The notes under the pieces: model-generated
Seen by the model: only the letters and a program-made list of their open reading frames with translations
The model's database searches: none
What the model was told of the DNA's origin: nothing
Translations under genes and position numbers: made by a program
Shown here: one piece after another, positions 20,721 through 30,802 of the stretch
How the letters are laid out: each line of letters begins with the position of its first letter
Position numbering within the stretch: the first letter of the stretch is position 1
Assembly: GCA_050010755.1 (NCBI GenBank)
Contig: JBEKKK010000001.1
Location: 1,120,001-1,184,000 of the forward strand
Direction of reading: 5' to 3'
Source: Candidatus Bathyarchaeia archaeon
GTDB lineage: Archaea > Thermoproteota > Bathyarchaeia > Bathyarchaeales > Bathycorpusculaceae
Length of the DNA stretch: 64,000 nucleotides

Positions 20721-20900
20721 CTCAAATCCTCATTCTCACTAAATCTTACGCATTAAGGCAATCCAATGGAACTGAAATGCTTTGAACAACTTTCTTGACA
20801 AGTATATAGCTTTTAGTCTTTCACAATTGACTTCGCAGCTTCCTATTCGTCTGCTATCAGCTTTGAACGTTGGCGTTTCCGTGCTTTTTGCTGAGTAGGA

Positions 20901-21737
20901 TCACTGGTAGGACCAGCTCTCGTAGTTCCATTTGTAAGCGCTGCCGTTTGTCAGTAACCAAGCATCGCAACCCACTGGACCGCTCACCCATGTTTTCCCG
21001 CCGTCGCTAGAGTAGTACCATATCCACGAGTACCCCGCAGTATAGTTTGAGTTCGTGTAATCTGCCTTGTCGTTGATAGAATCAACAAATACATGGCCTG
21101 GTTGGGCAAAGGGGTCATAGCTGTATTTAATGACGGCTACTTTCTGAGTTATCATGAAAAGGGTGTAACCTGCAGGCACCCGAGTTTCATTGTCCCATTG
21201 CAGGGTTTGATTTCCATAATTGATTTCAATGCTCACAGACAGCGTAGTAGCTTCGCTAACTGACAGCCCTAATTCCCTAAATGCAGAGAGATTAAACAAG
21301 TCATAATACTCGCTGAGCAGATTTCCAAAATCCGTTTTTGTAACATTACCATTCTGCAGAAGTATTTCATAGTCGCTCAGAAGTTGATTATACGTATTGT
21401 TTATGTCTTGTTGGACGAACAAGTCGCTATAGTTCTTGCTGAACTCACTGATGAGGCTACGCAAAGGCGGCATCAAAGTCAGGTAGTTATTGCCTGTAAA
21501 GTATGAATAGTTGCCATACAACGTGCCGTATTCACTCAGGAGCAAATCGTACTTGTTCGTCGCATTGGAGTAGCTTGATGCGACTGTGTCCAGTGAGTTA
21601 TTAGCGCTATTCAGTTGTCCACTGTTGTTAGTATTCTCGAGGTAGTAGTAACCAACAAACGCCGAGGCTAGGGATGCCCACACAATTGTCGCGAGCATTG
21701 CGAATACAAGCGTTCTTTTTTCGACCATACTATCCAC
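20901..21737 (-). CDS. Membrane-anchored coiled-coil protein with C-terminal DUF4430/transcobalamin-like domain
   Basis: N-terminal TM, heptad repeats, GHVFVDSIN...SWIWY...GPVGCDAWLLTNG. Confidence 0.65.
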   Translation of the reverse strand: MDSMVEKRTLVFAMLATIVWASLASAFVGYYYLENTNNSGQLNSANNSLDTVASSYSNATNKYDLLLSEYGTLYGNYSYFTGNNYLTLMPPLRSLISEFSKNYSDLFVQQDINNTYNQLLSDYEILLQNGNVTKTDFGNLLSEYYDLFNLSAFRELGLSVSEATTLSVSIEINYGNQTLQWDNETRVPAGYTLFMITQKVAVIKYSYDPFAQPGHVFVDSINDKADYTNSNYTAGYSWIWYYSSDGGKTWVSGPVGCDAWLLTNGSAYKWNYESWSYQ

Positions 21738-22269
21738 CCGCTTTTGAGCCGTTCAGAGCATTTATAACTGGAAGAAACAGGACTCCAAAAACTACGGTGT
21801 TGGAAATTATATGTAACAGCGAATAAAATGCGCCAATAGCTATGGCAGTGAAAAAGGCTAAAGACAGGCTCTCCCCTGTTAAAACCAGCTGCAGGCCATA
21901 TCCTAAATTAGTGATTAAGTCATAGACAAGAGCGATGACAGCACCCAAAAGTGCGGTTTCCAAAGAGAACCTTGCTGAGAAATTCATGTTAGGTGTAAAC
22001 TTTCGGTAAGCGCCTCCCAGACCGCCGGCGATTATCATGCCTGCCATCTGGAAAGGGATGTTCAAGCCACCAAATCCATAGGGGGAAACGAACCCGTTAA
22101 TCAACATTATGAAACTTCCGAAACATGCGCCGACCACTGCTCCTTCCGCCAATCCGACAATAAATGAGAAGAAAGAGGTGAACTCCACATTTGGCGGCCT
22201 TGGAGCAATCTGGAGGGCTATACATGCCGCTGTCATGACTATGAAGAAAGCGAGTTTCCTTGCATCCAT
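21730..22269 (-). CDS. ECF transporter S-component (CbrT/cobalamin-like)
   Basis: PPNVEF, YDLITN, HIISN; 5-6 TM; overlaps the DUF4430 gene. Confidence 0.7.
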   Translation of the reverse strand: MDARKLAFFIVMTAACIALQIAPRPPNVEFTSFFSFIVGLAEGAVVGACFGSFIMLINGFVSPYGFGGLNIPFQMAGMIIAGGLGGAYRKFTPNMNFSARFSLETALLGAVIALVYDLITNLGYGLQLVLTGESLSLAFFTAIAIGAFYSLLHIISNTVVFGVLFLPVINALNGSKAGG

Positions 22270-22376
22270 GTGAGTTATTTCCTTGTTGGTTAGATAATCC
22301 ATCCAATAGTTATAAAAGAATTGCCGTGAAAATTCTATAAACAACTGCTAACAGCCTATAAGCGAGGAATGCTTAG

Positions 22377-23018
22377 TTGAAGACTCTTGAAATCATCGTC
22401 AAGGTGGCAGCAAAAATAGCGCCCGGGCGTTTGCCCTCGTTCGCTGAAGCTCATGTCGTCATGGCTCTAGAGGACATCGGCAATGCAGGAACTGTGGGCA
22501 GGTTGAAACTTTCAAAAGACCTTCAGCTGGGCGAAGGTGAAACGAGGACTCTAGTCAGGCATCTCCAGAAGGAAGGGTTGATTGAAATTTCAAGAACAGG
22601 AATTTCCCTGTCCGCAGCAGGGAGAAAGCTGCTCTCCAGCCTGAAGGGAGTCTTGAGTGAACAAGTGGAGATTCCCTCTTCCCCTTTGACCGTAGGGCGC
22701 TTCAACGTGGCAGTTCAAATCAAAGGAATGAAAAGCTCCGTAAGGTACGGTCTGGAACAAAGAGACGCCGCAATAACTGCAGGTGCAAAAGGAGCCACGA
22801 CTCTGGTGTTTACCAATAACAAATTAGCCATGCCTGGAACTGGAGAAGTCTTGTCAGAAACTGGCTCCTCCATCGTTGGAGTTTTGTCAAGACTGAGCTT
22901 GAAGGAGGGCGACGTCATAGTCATTGGAAGTGCAGATGATAGGTTCAAGGCAGAACTTGGAGTAAGGGCTGCAGCGCTTGAACTCCTAAAAACAAAAGAT
23001 AGAAAAGCCTTCGACTGA
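22377..23018 (+). CDS. Winged-HTH plus DUF4443-like putative regulator
   Basis: GRLKLSKDLQLGEGETRTLVRHL wHTH; GLEQRDAAITAGAKGATT. Confidence 0.75.
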   Translation: MKTLEIIVKVAAKIAPGRLPSFAEAHVVMALEDIGNAGTVGRLKLSKDLQLGEGETRTLVRHLQKEGLIEISRTGISLSAAGRKLLSSLKGVLSEQVEIPSSPLTVGRFNVAVQIKGMKSSVRYGLEQRDAAITAGAKGATTLVFTNNKLAMPGTGEVLSETGSSIVGVLSRLSLKEGDVIVIGSADDRFKAELGVRAAALELLKTKDRKAFD

Positions 23019-23125
23019 ACAATGAGCGATTTCTAATTTTAACTTTGTCTGGCGAACTTTTGAAATTTGGGTCGAATGTAACTTAATGCTCCGTGGCCCG
23101 CATTGGTATCGCGCGGGTAACAATC

Positions 23126-23521
23126 TCACAGATTGTCTAGAACTGTGTTAAAGAGCTGGGCGACCTGTACACCTGTTGGAAGTCCCAGGAGGAGGCTCTT
23201 GAGTGCGATTGCATCGTAATGAGCCGTGCTGGGTTCGAGTTTTTTAGATTCTACAAGCCAGCTACGGAAGTTTTTGACTTCCACTTCAACTTCGTCTTCA
23301 AGTTCCTTTCGTCTTTCTCTGGTTGCCTTTTCATATTCTAACCTGCGTGTTTTGATTGTCGCAAATATGTCACGCTGGCTGTACTCCTCATACAGCGTGA
23401 AGGTTTTTGGGGGTTTCGTCTTAGTTTCAAATCTAACTGGCTCGGGGAGTTCTCCAGTTTGGGGCTGCATAGGCAAAAGCTTACTGGACAGGGAATATCT
23501 TGTTTGCGAAAGCCCCATCAT
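23126..23521 (-). CDS. Hypothetical protein
   Basis: 131-aa ORF filling the gap; helical, protein-like composition. Confidence 0.55.
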   Translation of the reverse strand: MMGLSQTRYSLSSKLLPMQPQTGELPEPVRFETKTKPPKTFTLYEEYSQRDIFATIKTRRLEYEKATRERRKELEDEVEVEVKNFRSWLVESKKLEPSTAHYDAIALKSLLLGLPTGVQVAQLFNTVLDNL

Positions 23522-23709
23522 GATTTAGAATTCACATCAGGCTAGGGTTTCGTAACAGTGGACTTAGAGACGCTCGAGTCCATTTCTCTACCCAAAGTCC
23601 GGAAAACCCACTTGCTCATTTCCTATAATTGCTGCTCGCAGCGTCGAGACTACTTGGGACTACTTGGATTTGACAAGGCAGTGAAACATTCTTTCGAATC
23701 ACAAGGAGC

Positions 23710-24213
23710 TTATTCTGTTAGTTTCTCCTTCAAGAAGTCTCTTTGCTGTTTTCTGTCCATCTTTTCTAATTCGCTTTTGTATTTGGCGTGGATAAGCTTC
23801 AATTTGCAGCTGGCGTAGAGAGCATCGTAGACTACTCTTGCTTTTTCTACAGCTTCATGGTCGTCCTTGGCTGCTATGCCAATCCCTGTCATGATTGCTT
23901 CTAGACCTGCGGCTTCGGGGACTGTTTCCATCTTGTCTGTGTCTGCAGCTCGGACGATTTTAGCAAGTTCCAGAACCGTTGGGTCTTTTATTTTGTATCT
24001 TTCGACTATGGAGTCAAAACTGCATTTTTCGCCATGATGGCCTAACTCAACATTGGGGGCATCGTAGGGTATTGCGTTCTCCTTCTTCACGATCTCCTCA
24101 ATCTTCGCTGCTGCAACAAAGACAAATTCGGCTTCGCGGTCAACGAATCTCTTGATCAACCAGGGACAAGCTGTTCTGTCAACATGCACGTATTGTCTTG
24201 TCACCCATTTCAT
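23710..24213 (-). CDS. chrB: Chromate-resistance ChrB C-terminal-domain protein
   Basis: MKWVTR..VHVDRTACPWLIKRFVD, HHGEKCSFD, IVRAAD, PEAAGL. Confidence 0.85.
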   Translation of the reverse strand: MKWVTRQYVHVDRTACPWLIKRFVDREAEFVFVAAAKIEEIVKKENAIPYDAPNVELGHHGEKCSFDSIVERYKIKDPTVLELAKIVRAADTDKMETVPEAAGLEAIMTGIGIAAKDDHEAVEKARVVYDALYASCKLKLIHAKYKSELEKMDRKQQRDFLKEKLTE

Positions 24214-24400
24214 TCTTATCACCGACCAACAGCTGAAAATGCCAGACACATAAATAAGCCCTTTTCATGTAACGGTCAGTATGTTTATTCGAGTTGCGGT
24301 TCGCAAAATTGACCGTCCAATAGCAAAGGATTAATGCTGGTTCCCCCACTTTATTAGTGGGTGCCAGATGTGAGGAATAGCGTTCTCTGTTCGTAAGAAC

Positions 24401-24413
24401 AAAACCTTTAATA
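24401..24413 (+). promoter_or_regulatory. Putative BRE/TATA promoter of leuS
   Basis: AAAACC-TTTAATA about 30 nt upstream of the ATG at 24440. Confidence 0.5.
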
Positions 24414-24439
24414 CCCAACCGACCGACTCAGAAAGTTTT

Positions 24440-27361
24440 ATGGCGTTTTTGAAAAAAATCGAAGAAAAATGGCAGAAAAACTGGGAAAAAGCCAGAATCT
24501 TCGAAATAGACCCAGACCCTTCCAAGCCCAAGTATTTTGTAACCGTAGCCTATCCCTATCCTAACAGCCCACAACACATCGGCCACGGAAGAACCTACAC
24601 CATGGCAGACGTCCATGCACGGTACATGCGAATGCGCGGCTACAACACGCTGTTGCCGATGGCTTTCCATTACACGGGCACGCCAGTCCTGGCAATGGCC
24701 AAACGCCTCGCAGAGAACGACCAAGCCCTCATCAGCGACTTCATCAATGTCTACAAGATTCCAAAAGAAAAACTTAAGGAACTCACAGAACCCATCGCCA
24801 TGGCCCGCTACTTCCACAAGGAAATCAAAACCGGCATGAAAGAAATAGGCTACTCAATAGATTGGAGACGCGAATTCACCACCGTCGATCCGAACTATAA
24901 TCGCTTCATAGAATGGCAATTCCAAAAGCTTCGCAAAGGAGGATACATCACGCGAGGAAGCCATCCAGTCGGCTGGTGCCCCAAAGACGGAAACCCGGTG
25001 GGCCAACACGACACCGTCGGCGACGTTGAACCAGAAATAGGCGAATTCACCCTCATCAAATTCAAGCAGGATAACACTTTCTATCCAGCCGCCACGCTGA
25101 GGCCCGAAACAGTTTTCGGCGTCACAAACATATGGCTAAACCCCAAGGTAGAATACGTCAAAGCCACCGTTGACGGCGAACAGTGGATAATCAGCCAACA
25201 AAGCGCCTCGAAACTCGCCAGCCAAAACCGAAAAGTCAAAGTCCAAGAAACTATCAAGGGCAGAGAGCTGATAGGAAAACACGTCCAAAACCCTGTTACT
25301 GGAAAGAACATTCTCATACTTCCAGCAGATTTTGTGGAGCCCAAGAACGCGACAGGCGTCGTCATGTCAGTTCCTGGCCACGCTCCCTATGACCTTGTCG
25401 CCTTGGAGAACATAAAAAAAGAACCGCAAAAACTGAAACAGTACGGAATAACGGACAAAGACGTAGACTCGGTGCAGCCCATCTCGCTAATCGAAGTCAA
25501 GGAATACTCCGACATTCCAGCAGCTGATACGGTCAAGAAGATGAACATCAAAGAACAGTCAGACCCGAAGCTTGAGGATGCTACAAAAGAAGTCTACAGA
25601 CATGAGTTCCACAACGGCAAGATGAAAGCCAACACGGGCAAATACGCTGGCATGTCAGTGGCAGAAGCAAAAGACAAAGTCAAAGATGATCTAATACAGC
25701 AAGGCAAGGCTACAATAATGTATGAACTGCTAAACCGACCAGTCTTCTGCCGCTGCAAAGCAGAATGCATCGTCAAAATCGTCCAAAACCAATGGTTCAT
25801 CGACTATGGCAAGCCCGAATGGAAAACACTGGCACACAAGAACCTGGACACGATGGAAATACTGCCCGAAGAAGTGCGCCAAGAATTCAATAACGTAATC
25901 GACTGGCTACATGAAAAAGCCTGTGCCAGAAAATCCGGAATGGGCACACGCTTGCCCTGGGACAAGGACTGGATAATCGAATCCCTCTCAGACTCAACAA
26001 TCTACATGGCCTATTACACGATAGCTAGACACATCAAACAACACAGAATCCTACCAGATCAGCTGACGGACGAGGCATTCGACTACATATTCTTGGACGT
26101 TGGAGAACCCTCCGAAATCAGCATAAACACCGGCCTGGACGTCAAAGTCTTGAAGCAAATGCACGACGAATTCATGTACTTCTACCCGCTGGACAGCCGC
26201 CACTCAGCCCGCGAACTCATCCCCAACCACCTGACCTTTATGATATTCAACCACACCGCCATATTCCCAGCAAACCATTGGCCACGACAGATAGCCACCA
26301 ACGGACAGGTAATGATGGAAGGCTCAAAAATGAGCAAATCCTTCGGAAACATAATCCCCCTGCGCGAAGGCCTCGCCAAATTCGGCGCAGACCCGTTGAG
26401 ACTCAGCGTCCTGTCAACAGCCGAACTACTCCAAGACTCCGACTTCAGCCCAACAATAGCCAAATCAATGCACGACAGACTCGAAAAACTCTACAGATTT
26501 GCATCCGAAACCGCCAAAGTCCCGCGGAGGGAAATGCCGAAGAGAGCGTTGACGGCGATAGACAGGTGGATGCTCAGCAGACTTCAACAGCACATTAGAA
26601 ATGCAACTGAAGCTATGAACAAACTGGCCGTTCGCAAAGCCATACACACAACGCTCTATGAGCTAGACCAGGACATGCAATGGTACCAAAAACGCATTGC
26701 GGATGAAAAGGAAAGCCCTAGCAGAAAGGCCGCAACAGCCTACGTGTTCCATGAGGTTCTGGACTCGCAAATTCGGATGCTTGCACCGGTAGCCCCACAC
26801 ATGTGCGAAGAGATATGGGAAATGCTCGGCCAAAGAGACTTCATCGCCAGAACGCCTTGGCCGACACCAGAAGAATCGAGAATAGATATCAAGGCAGAGG
26901 AAAATGAATCCCTCATCATGAACGTGCTCGAAGACACTCAGAACATAATCAAAGCAACAGGCACAAAACCGAAAAAGATATGCTACTACACGGCTGCCCC
27001 GTGGAAATGGAAGACGTACCAGAAAGCCCTAGAAAAATCGGCATCAGAAAAAGTCCTACAGAAAGACCTCATGAAACAGCTCATGCAAGAACCCGACCTG
27101 AGGAAAAAAGCAGAAAAAGTAGCCAAATTCACCGCCCAAATCGTAGACGAAATCAACCGAACATCGGAAGAAACAAAACAGAGACGAACAAAAACTGGGA
27201 TCGTTCAAGAGGGCGAAACGTTAGAAGAAGCAAAAAACTTTTTCCAAAAAGAGTTTAACGTGGAAATCCAAGTCTGCAACGAAGAAGACACTAGGCGACA
27301 CGACCCCAAAGAGAGAGCACAACTCGCCAAACCCTACCGCCCAGCAATCTACGTAGAATAA
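24440..27361 (+). CDS. leuS: Leucine--tRNA ligase (archaeal type)
   Basis: HIGH and KMSKS motifs, ATLRPET, TGVVMSVPGHAPYD editing domain. Confidence 0.97.
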   Translation: MAFLKKIEEKWQKNWEKARIFEIDPDPSKPKYFVTVAYPYPNSPQHIGHGRTYTMADVHARYMRMRGYNTLLPMAFHYTGTPVLAMAKRLAENDQALISDFINVYKIPKEKLKELTEPIAMARYFHKEIKTGMKEIGYSIDWRREFTTVDPNYNRFIEWQFQKLRKGGYITRGSHPVGWCPKDGNPVGQHDTVGDVEPEIGEFTLIKFKQDNTFYPAATLRPETVFGVTNIWLNPKVEYVKATVDGEQWIISQQSASKLASQNRKVKVQETIKGRELIGKHVQNPVTGKNILILPADFVEPKNATGVVMSVPGHAPYDLVALENIKKEPQKLKQYGITDKDVDSVQPISLIEVKEYSDIPAADTVKKMNIKEQSDPKLEDATKEVYRHEFHNGKMKANTGKYAGMSVAEAKDKVKDDLIQQGKATIMYELLNRPVFCRCKAECIVKIVQNQWFIDYGKPEWKTLAHKNLDTMEILPEEVRQEFNNVIDWLHEKACARKSGMGTRLPWDKDWIIESLSDSTIYMAYYTIARHIKQHRILPDQLTDEAFDYIFLDVGEPSEISINTGLDVKVLKQMHDEFMYFYPLDSRHSARELIPNHLTFMIFNHTAIFPANHWPRQIATNGQVMMEGSKMSKSFGNIIPLREGLAKFGADPLRLSVLSTAELLQDSDFSPTIAKSMHDRLEKLYRFASETAKVPRREMPKRALTAIDRWMLSRLQQHIRNATEAMNKLAVRKAIHTTLYELDQDMQWYQKRIADEKESPSRKAATAYVFHEVLDSQIRMLAPVAPHMCEEIWEMLGQRDFIARTPWPTPEESRIDIKAEENESLIMNVLEDTQNIIKATGTKPKKICYYTAAPWKWKTYQKALEKSASEKVLQKDLMKQLMQEPDLRKKAEKVAKFTAQIVDEINRTSEETKQRRTKTGIVQEGETLEEAKNFFQKEFNVEIQVCNEEDTRRHDPKERAQLAKPYRPAIYVE

Positions 27362-27602
27362 GTCAAATGCTTTCCGCGCGCCGTTAAACGGTTGAGACGT
27401 AACTGCTGAAAACCATCTTTAAAACTCTTTTTACCCTATACCTAGATAGAACTCGCCCCGAATTTTCCCACGCAAAAGCCCCCACCACTTTTGCAGCGAG
27501 TACGCGACCAATCAGAGAATTCTGGTGAATTTGAAATTCTCACCATGAAGCAATATAGAATAAAATATATCGACCAAACCCTTCCATTTATTGGCTGGAA
27601 AA

Positions 27603-27713
27603 GGATCCGTAGCGCAGCATGGATACAATTTGAGCCATAAAGCGCGTCGGCCTTCTAAGCCAAAAGCTGTAGAAAGCCGAAAGTCCTGGGTTCAAATCCC
27701 AGCGGATCCGCCA
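27603..27713 (+). tRNA. tRNA-Arg(TCT) with two introns (27625-27640 in the D-loop; 27658-27674 at 37/38) and encoded CCA
   Basis: GGATCCG/CGGATCC acceptor, GCGC/GCGC D-stem, TCGGC/GCCGA anticodon stem, CTGGG-TTCAAAT-CCCAG; removing both inserts gives a 78-nt cloverleaf. Confidence 0.92.
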
Positions 27714-28215
27714 TCATCAAGTGATTTTTCCTTTGGCCATCTTCCATTTTCTTTTTGTGCGAAACGCTCGCGCTGTTTGACTCCCTTCGAAAGATGCCCA
27801 AGCAACCGCATCTGCGATCAGTTGAAATATCCAGCATATAGAAGCCTAATCGAGTGCTTCTGGGCGAGTTGAAGACCCAAGAATGAGGATGATATTTGCC
27901 ATGTTTTTGAAAGATGAAAGACAGGTGGGAAAGCCAATATCGTTGATTTGAAGAACGCATGTTTCGGATATAGACTTAAACGACAAGCTTCACTTTAGAC
28001 ATTTCACGTTTTCAACTCTTGCCGCATACTTATCATCAACGTAGAAAGAAAAGAAAGAATAAACTTGGATATTCTTGGATTAGGCACGTAGAAGTAATAG
28101 GAGAGACTTTAGGTTTTTTCGAGGTTAGCACGCTGCAAGCGCACTAGACCATTTGCATACCACTAAATTGAAAAGCACACCGAGTCAGTGAAATGCTTGG
28201 GCAATTAAGAATGAG

Positions 28216-29475
28216 ATGGGATATCGTTTGGGGATGATGCGTTCAGTTGGTCCTTGGACAAAAGTCCTATCCAACTTGTCATCAATCGTGCATGTGTTAG
28301 TGACAGTGTTCTTTGGGTACCTGATTTCGTTGAGACAGACTGTAAGCCTCGATTTCTTCTTTGTCGCCGTGTTTGTTGTAACGTCGAAGCTTTTTTCAAT
28401 AGTTTTCGCAGAAGACAGGAGCGCTTCGAAGAAGACGATAGTTTACTCCACCATAGTCTTAGCCTTGTTAATTCTCCTTCTAACGCGACTTTCAACTTTT
28501 GAAATAATAATGGGCCTATTGATTCTGGTGCTCTACTCCCTCTATCCCCTATGCAACGGAAAAGCCCCGTTTGACGTCTTACATCATGCACTGAGATACA
28601 TCTTTCTCTTCATCTTAGGCTTTGGTTCGCAAGCATTTTGGAATGAATCGGCCCTGATGACGATATCGGCAATAGTGCTCTTCTCTCTGGCTGGAGAACT
28701 CCTTGCAGGATTAGCCAAGGGCAGCGATTTTCCTAAGAGTGCGGCTTCATTATTAGGAACCAGAGGATCGCTAACTGCAATTACTTCCCTCATCTTCGTT
28801 GCCACATTGATATCATCCTTCGTTATGAATAATCTGTTTGAGTTTCCGATCCCAATCAACGGCACGCTTGTTCCTTTCTACGTGATACCTGCCTTGGCCA
28901 TAGATCTTTATTTGACGATTCCTTTGATGAGAAAACTGAACGCGAAACACGTGGAAGCATTTCATTTGATGAGAAGAAAAGAAGTGGCAGCCCTTGTAGT
29001 CATGTCACTCGTAATATTGGTTGTATTCCAAACTGGAAGAATCGGCACAACAGTGACAGTCAACTCAACAGATTACAGCTTCAACGTAGGCATCAGAACC
29101 TTCATAGCAGGACCGCACAGTTGGGACGTACCGTGGATAGTTTTCAATTACGTAAACGAAGATAATTATTACTACGTTGTCTTCCACAAAGAAGGAGCCT
29201 TGGAATTGTCGCAGAAAATTGATGGGCAGCTACGATTATACGTATCCTCGTGTGCAACGCAGCTCACGCCATTCGAATGGCACAACTTTCAAATCGTCCT
29301 CAACGCGACGACTGTAACGGTGGAATTGGACGGAAAATACCGATTAACGACACCAAGAGAGCTGTATGCTGAGAATTCCAGTATAATAATTTCTCCAACA
29401 ACACCAAACCTAGCCCTCTGGATCGCCTGCTCCTACCGCATAACACTAATCAATGAAACCGATGCAGGCGCTTGA
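28216..29475 (+). CDS. Membrane protein: degenerate UbiA-like TM region plus C-terminal beta-sandwich (lectin/LamG-like)
   Basis: About 10 TM, KAPFDVLHH; C-terminal DNYYYV...EWHNFQIVLNATTVTVELDG. Confidence 0.6.
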   Translation: MGYRLGMMRSVGPWTKVLSNLSSIVHVLVTVFFGYLISLRQTVSLDFFFVAVFVVTSKLFSIVFAEDRSASKKTIVYSTIVLALLILLLTRLSTFEIIMGLLILVLYSLYPLCNGKAPFDVLHHALRYIFLFILGFGSQAFWNESALMTISAIVLFSLAGELLAGLAKGSDFPKSAASLLGTRGSLTAITSLIFVATLISSFVMNNLFEFPIPINGTLVPFYVIPALAIDLYLTIPLMRKLNAKHVEAFHLMRRKEVAALVVMSLVILVVFQTGRIGTTVTVNSTDYSFNVGIRTFIAGPHSWDVPWIVFNYVNEDNYYYVVFHKEGALELSQKIDGQLRLYVSSCATQLTPFEWHNFQIVLNATTVTVELDGKYRLTTPRELYAENSSIIISPTTPNLALWIACSYRITLINETDAGA

Positions 29476-29799
29476 CCAGATGTGAAGCAATGGCGTCTTC
29501 TGTTGATGTACATATCTAAACTCTCTTTGAGATTGAGCGCAAACGAGCGCAAGCTAGACGCGTTGCCCTATCCCGATACCACTGTGTTTGGGGATTGAAA
29601 TTCAATCTCTTTCTTCTTCTATTTCGTCTATTTTAGCTTGCTATTAATTATCTCTCTTACTTTCCTCACCTTGACACAAGCAAAAAACAAGAAAACAAAC
29701 ACAGACAACAGATAGACACACGCAATGCGCGTGCTATCCCTGCTGGCCAATATGACCCCGCGTTTCATTTGGCGCTAGCTGCCTTATGAAAAACACGTA

Positions 29800-30042
29800 T
29801 CAAGGGAGATTGTATCGTTGTCTTCGTCCGCACTCAGGGCAGAAGCGAGCTGAGACGGAGATTTTGCTTTTACAGTAGGGGCAGATTTTTGAGATCCGTT
29901 GGGGACGCAACAGAGTCCCGCAAAAATTGCAGTAGTTAGAGTTAGAAGGAACTTGACTCCCGCATCGAGGACAAATCAAGTACTGTCCAGCGTATGAAGG
30001 AACGGGCATCAGGACCCAGCCTCCGATGTTCAACTCGTCCAC
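29800..30042 (-). CDS. Double zinc-ribbon protein
   Basis: CPRC, CNFC, CPYC, CPEC. Confidence 0.75.
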   Translation of the reverse strand: MDELNIGGWVLMPVPSYAGQYLICPRCGSQVPSNSNYCNFCGTLLRPQRISKICPYCKSKISVSARFCPECGRRQRYNLP

Positions 30043-30385
30043 CTCGTTCGAATTCGGCCCTCGATATTCACTTCGCGCGTGCTAAGCGTAGTCGCTTTTC
30101 CTAGACTTTCCACGAAGACAACAATTGCAACTCGTATTAACAAGGGTTACGGACAACAAAACCCTTTTGGTCCACACCTTTCTTTAGCAGCATTACCACT
30201 ATGACACACTATAACGTTAATAGCGTTCAAGCGTGGCTGACATGAGTGCGCGAGTTCAAACGCTCATAGGCTACTCCCAGATTGGACAAATCTGCTCAAA
30301 GAATGCCAGGCAAGAAATCGGACCGTTTTTTGAAAGTGTTTATATCATCGATCTCGTCGGGTTTTAGTTAGTGAGATGAAAAAAC

Positions 30386-30634
30386 ATGAAGTTGTGGAAG
30401 ACTATCCTGATAGCAATAAGCGTGGCAATCTTGCCCCTCGCACTTGTAGGGGTCGGACAAGCTCAACAGTTGAATTGCTGGGGTCTGAGACCAAATCTGA
30501 CCGAAAGATCGGAGAACGCCGACTTCCCCGAACAACTGTTGTCTCAAGAGAGTGAAGACGACCCAGAGCTGAAGAGCGACACTGGTCACCATGCAGAAGA
30601 CGAAAACGACGCAGAAAACATAGGATCCAGTTAG
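30386..30634 (+). CDS. Small secreted acidic protein (possibly a remnant)
   Basis: Signal peptide ending in GQA; D/E-rich mature part; TTTATAT box upstream. Confidence 0.5.
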   Translation: MKLWKTILIAISVAILPLALVGVGQAQQLNCWGLRPNLTERSENADFPEQLLSQESEDDPELKSDTGHHAEDENDAENIGSS

Positions 30635-30802
30635 CTCAGTTCGCCACCATGCGAAAGCGAAGCGCCCAATGCCTTATCGGTGAGACCTGTCCCTGACAGT
30701 TCTGATACGAAGTAGCCCGTAAATGTTTCACAAACTCTTCTTTTTCGAGCTAGTTCTGATAAGCTAAAATTCTAGTCCGTGCTCTAGACAAAGTGATACC
30801 TA

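Noticed and set aside
27591-27960. ORFs 27591-27872 (+) and 27655-27960 (-)
   Set aside because: They overlap the tRNA-Arg gene and have no recognisable motifs.
27714-30800. Intact integrated element at tRNA-Arg
   Set aside because: No integrase, and I could see no exact duplication of the tRNA 3' end.
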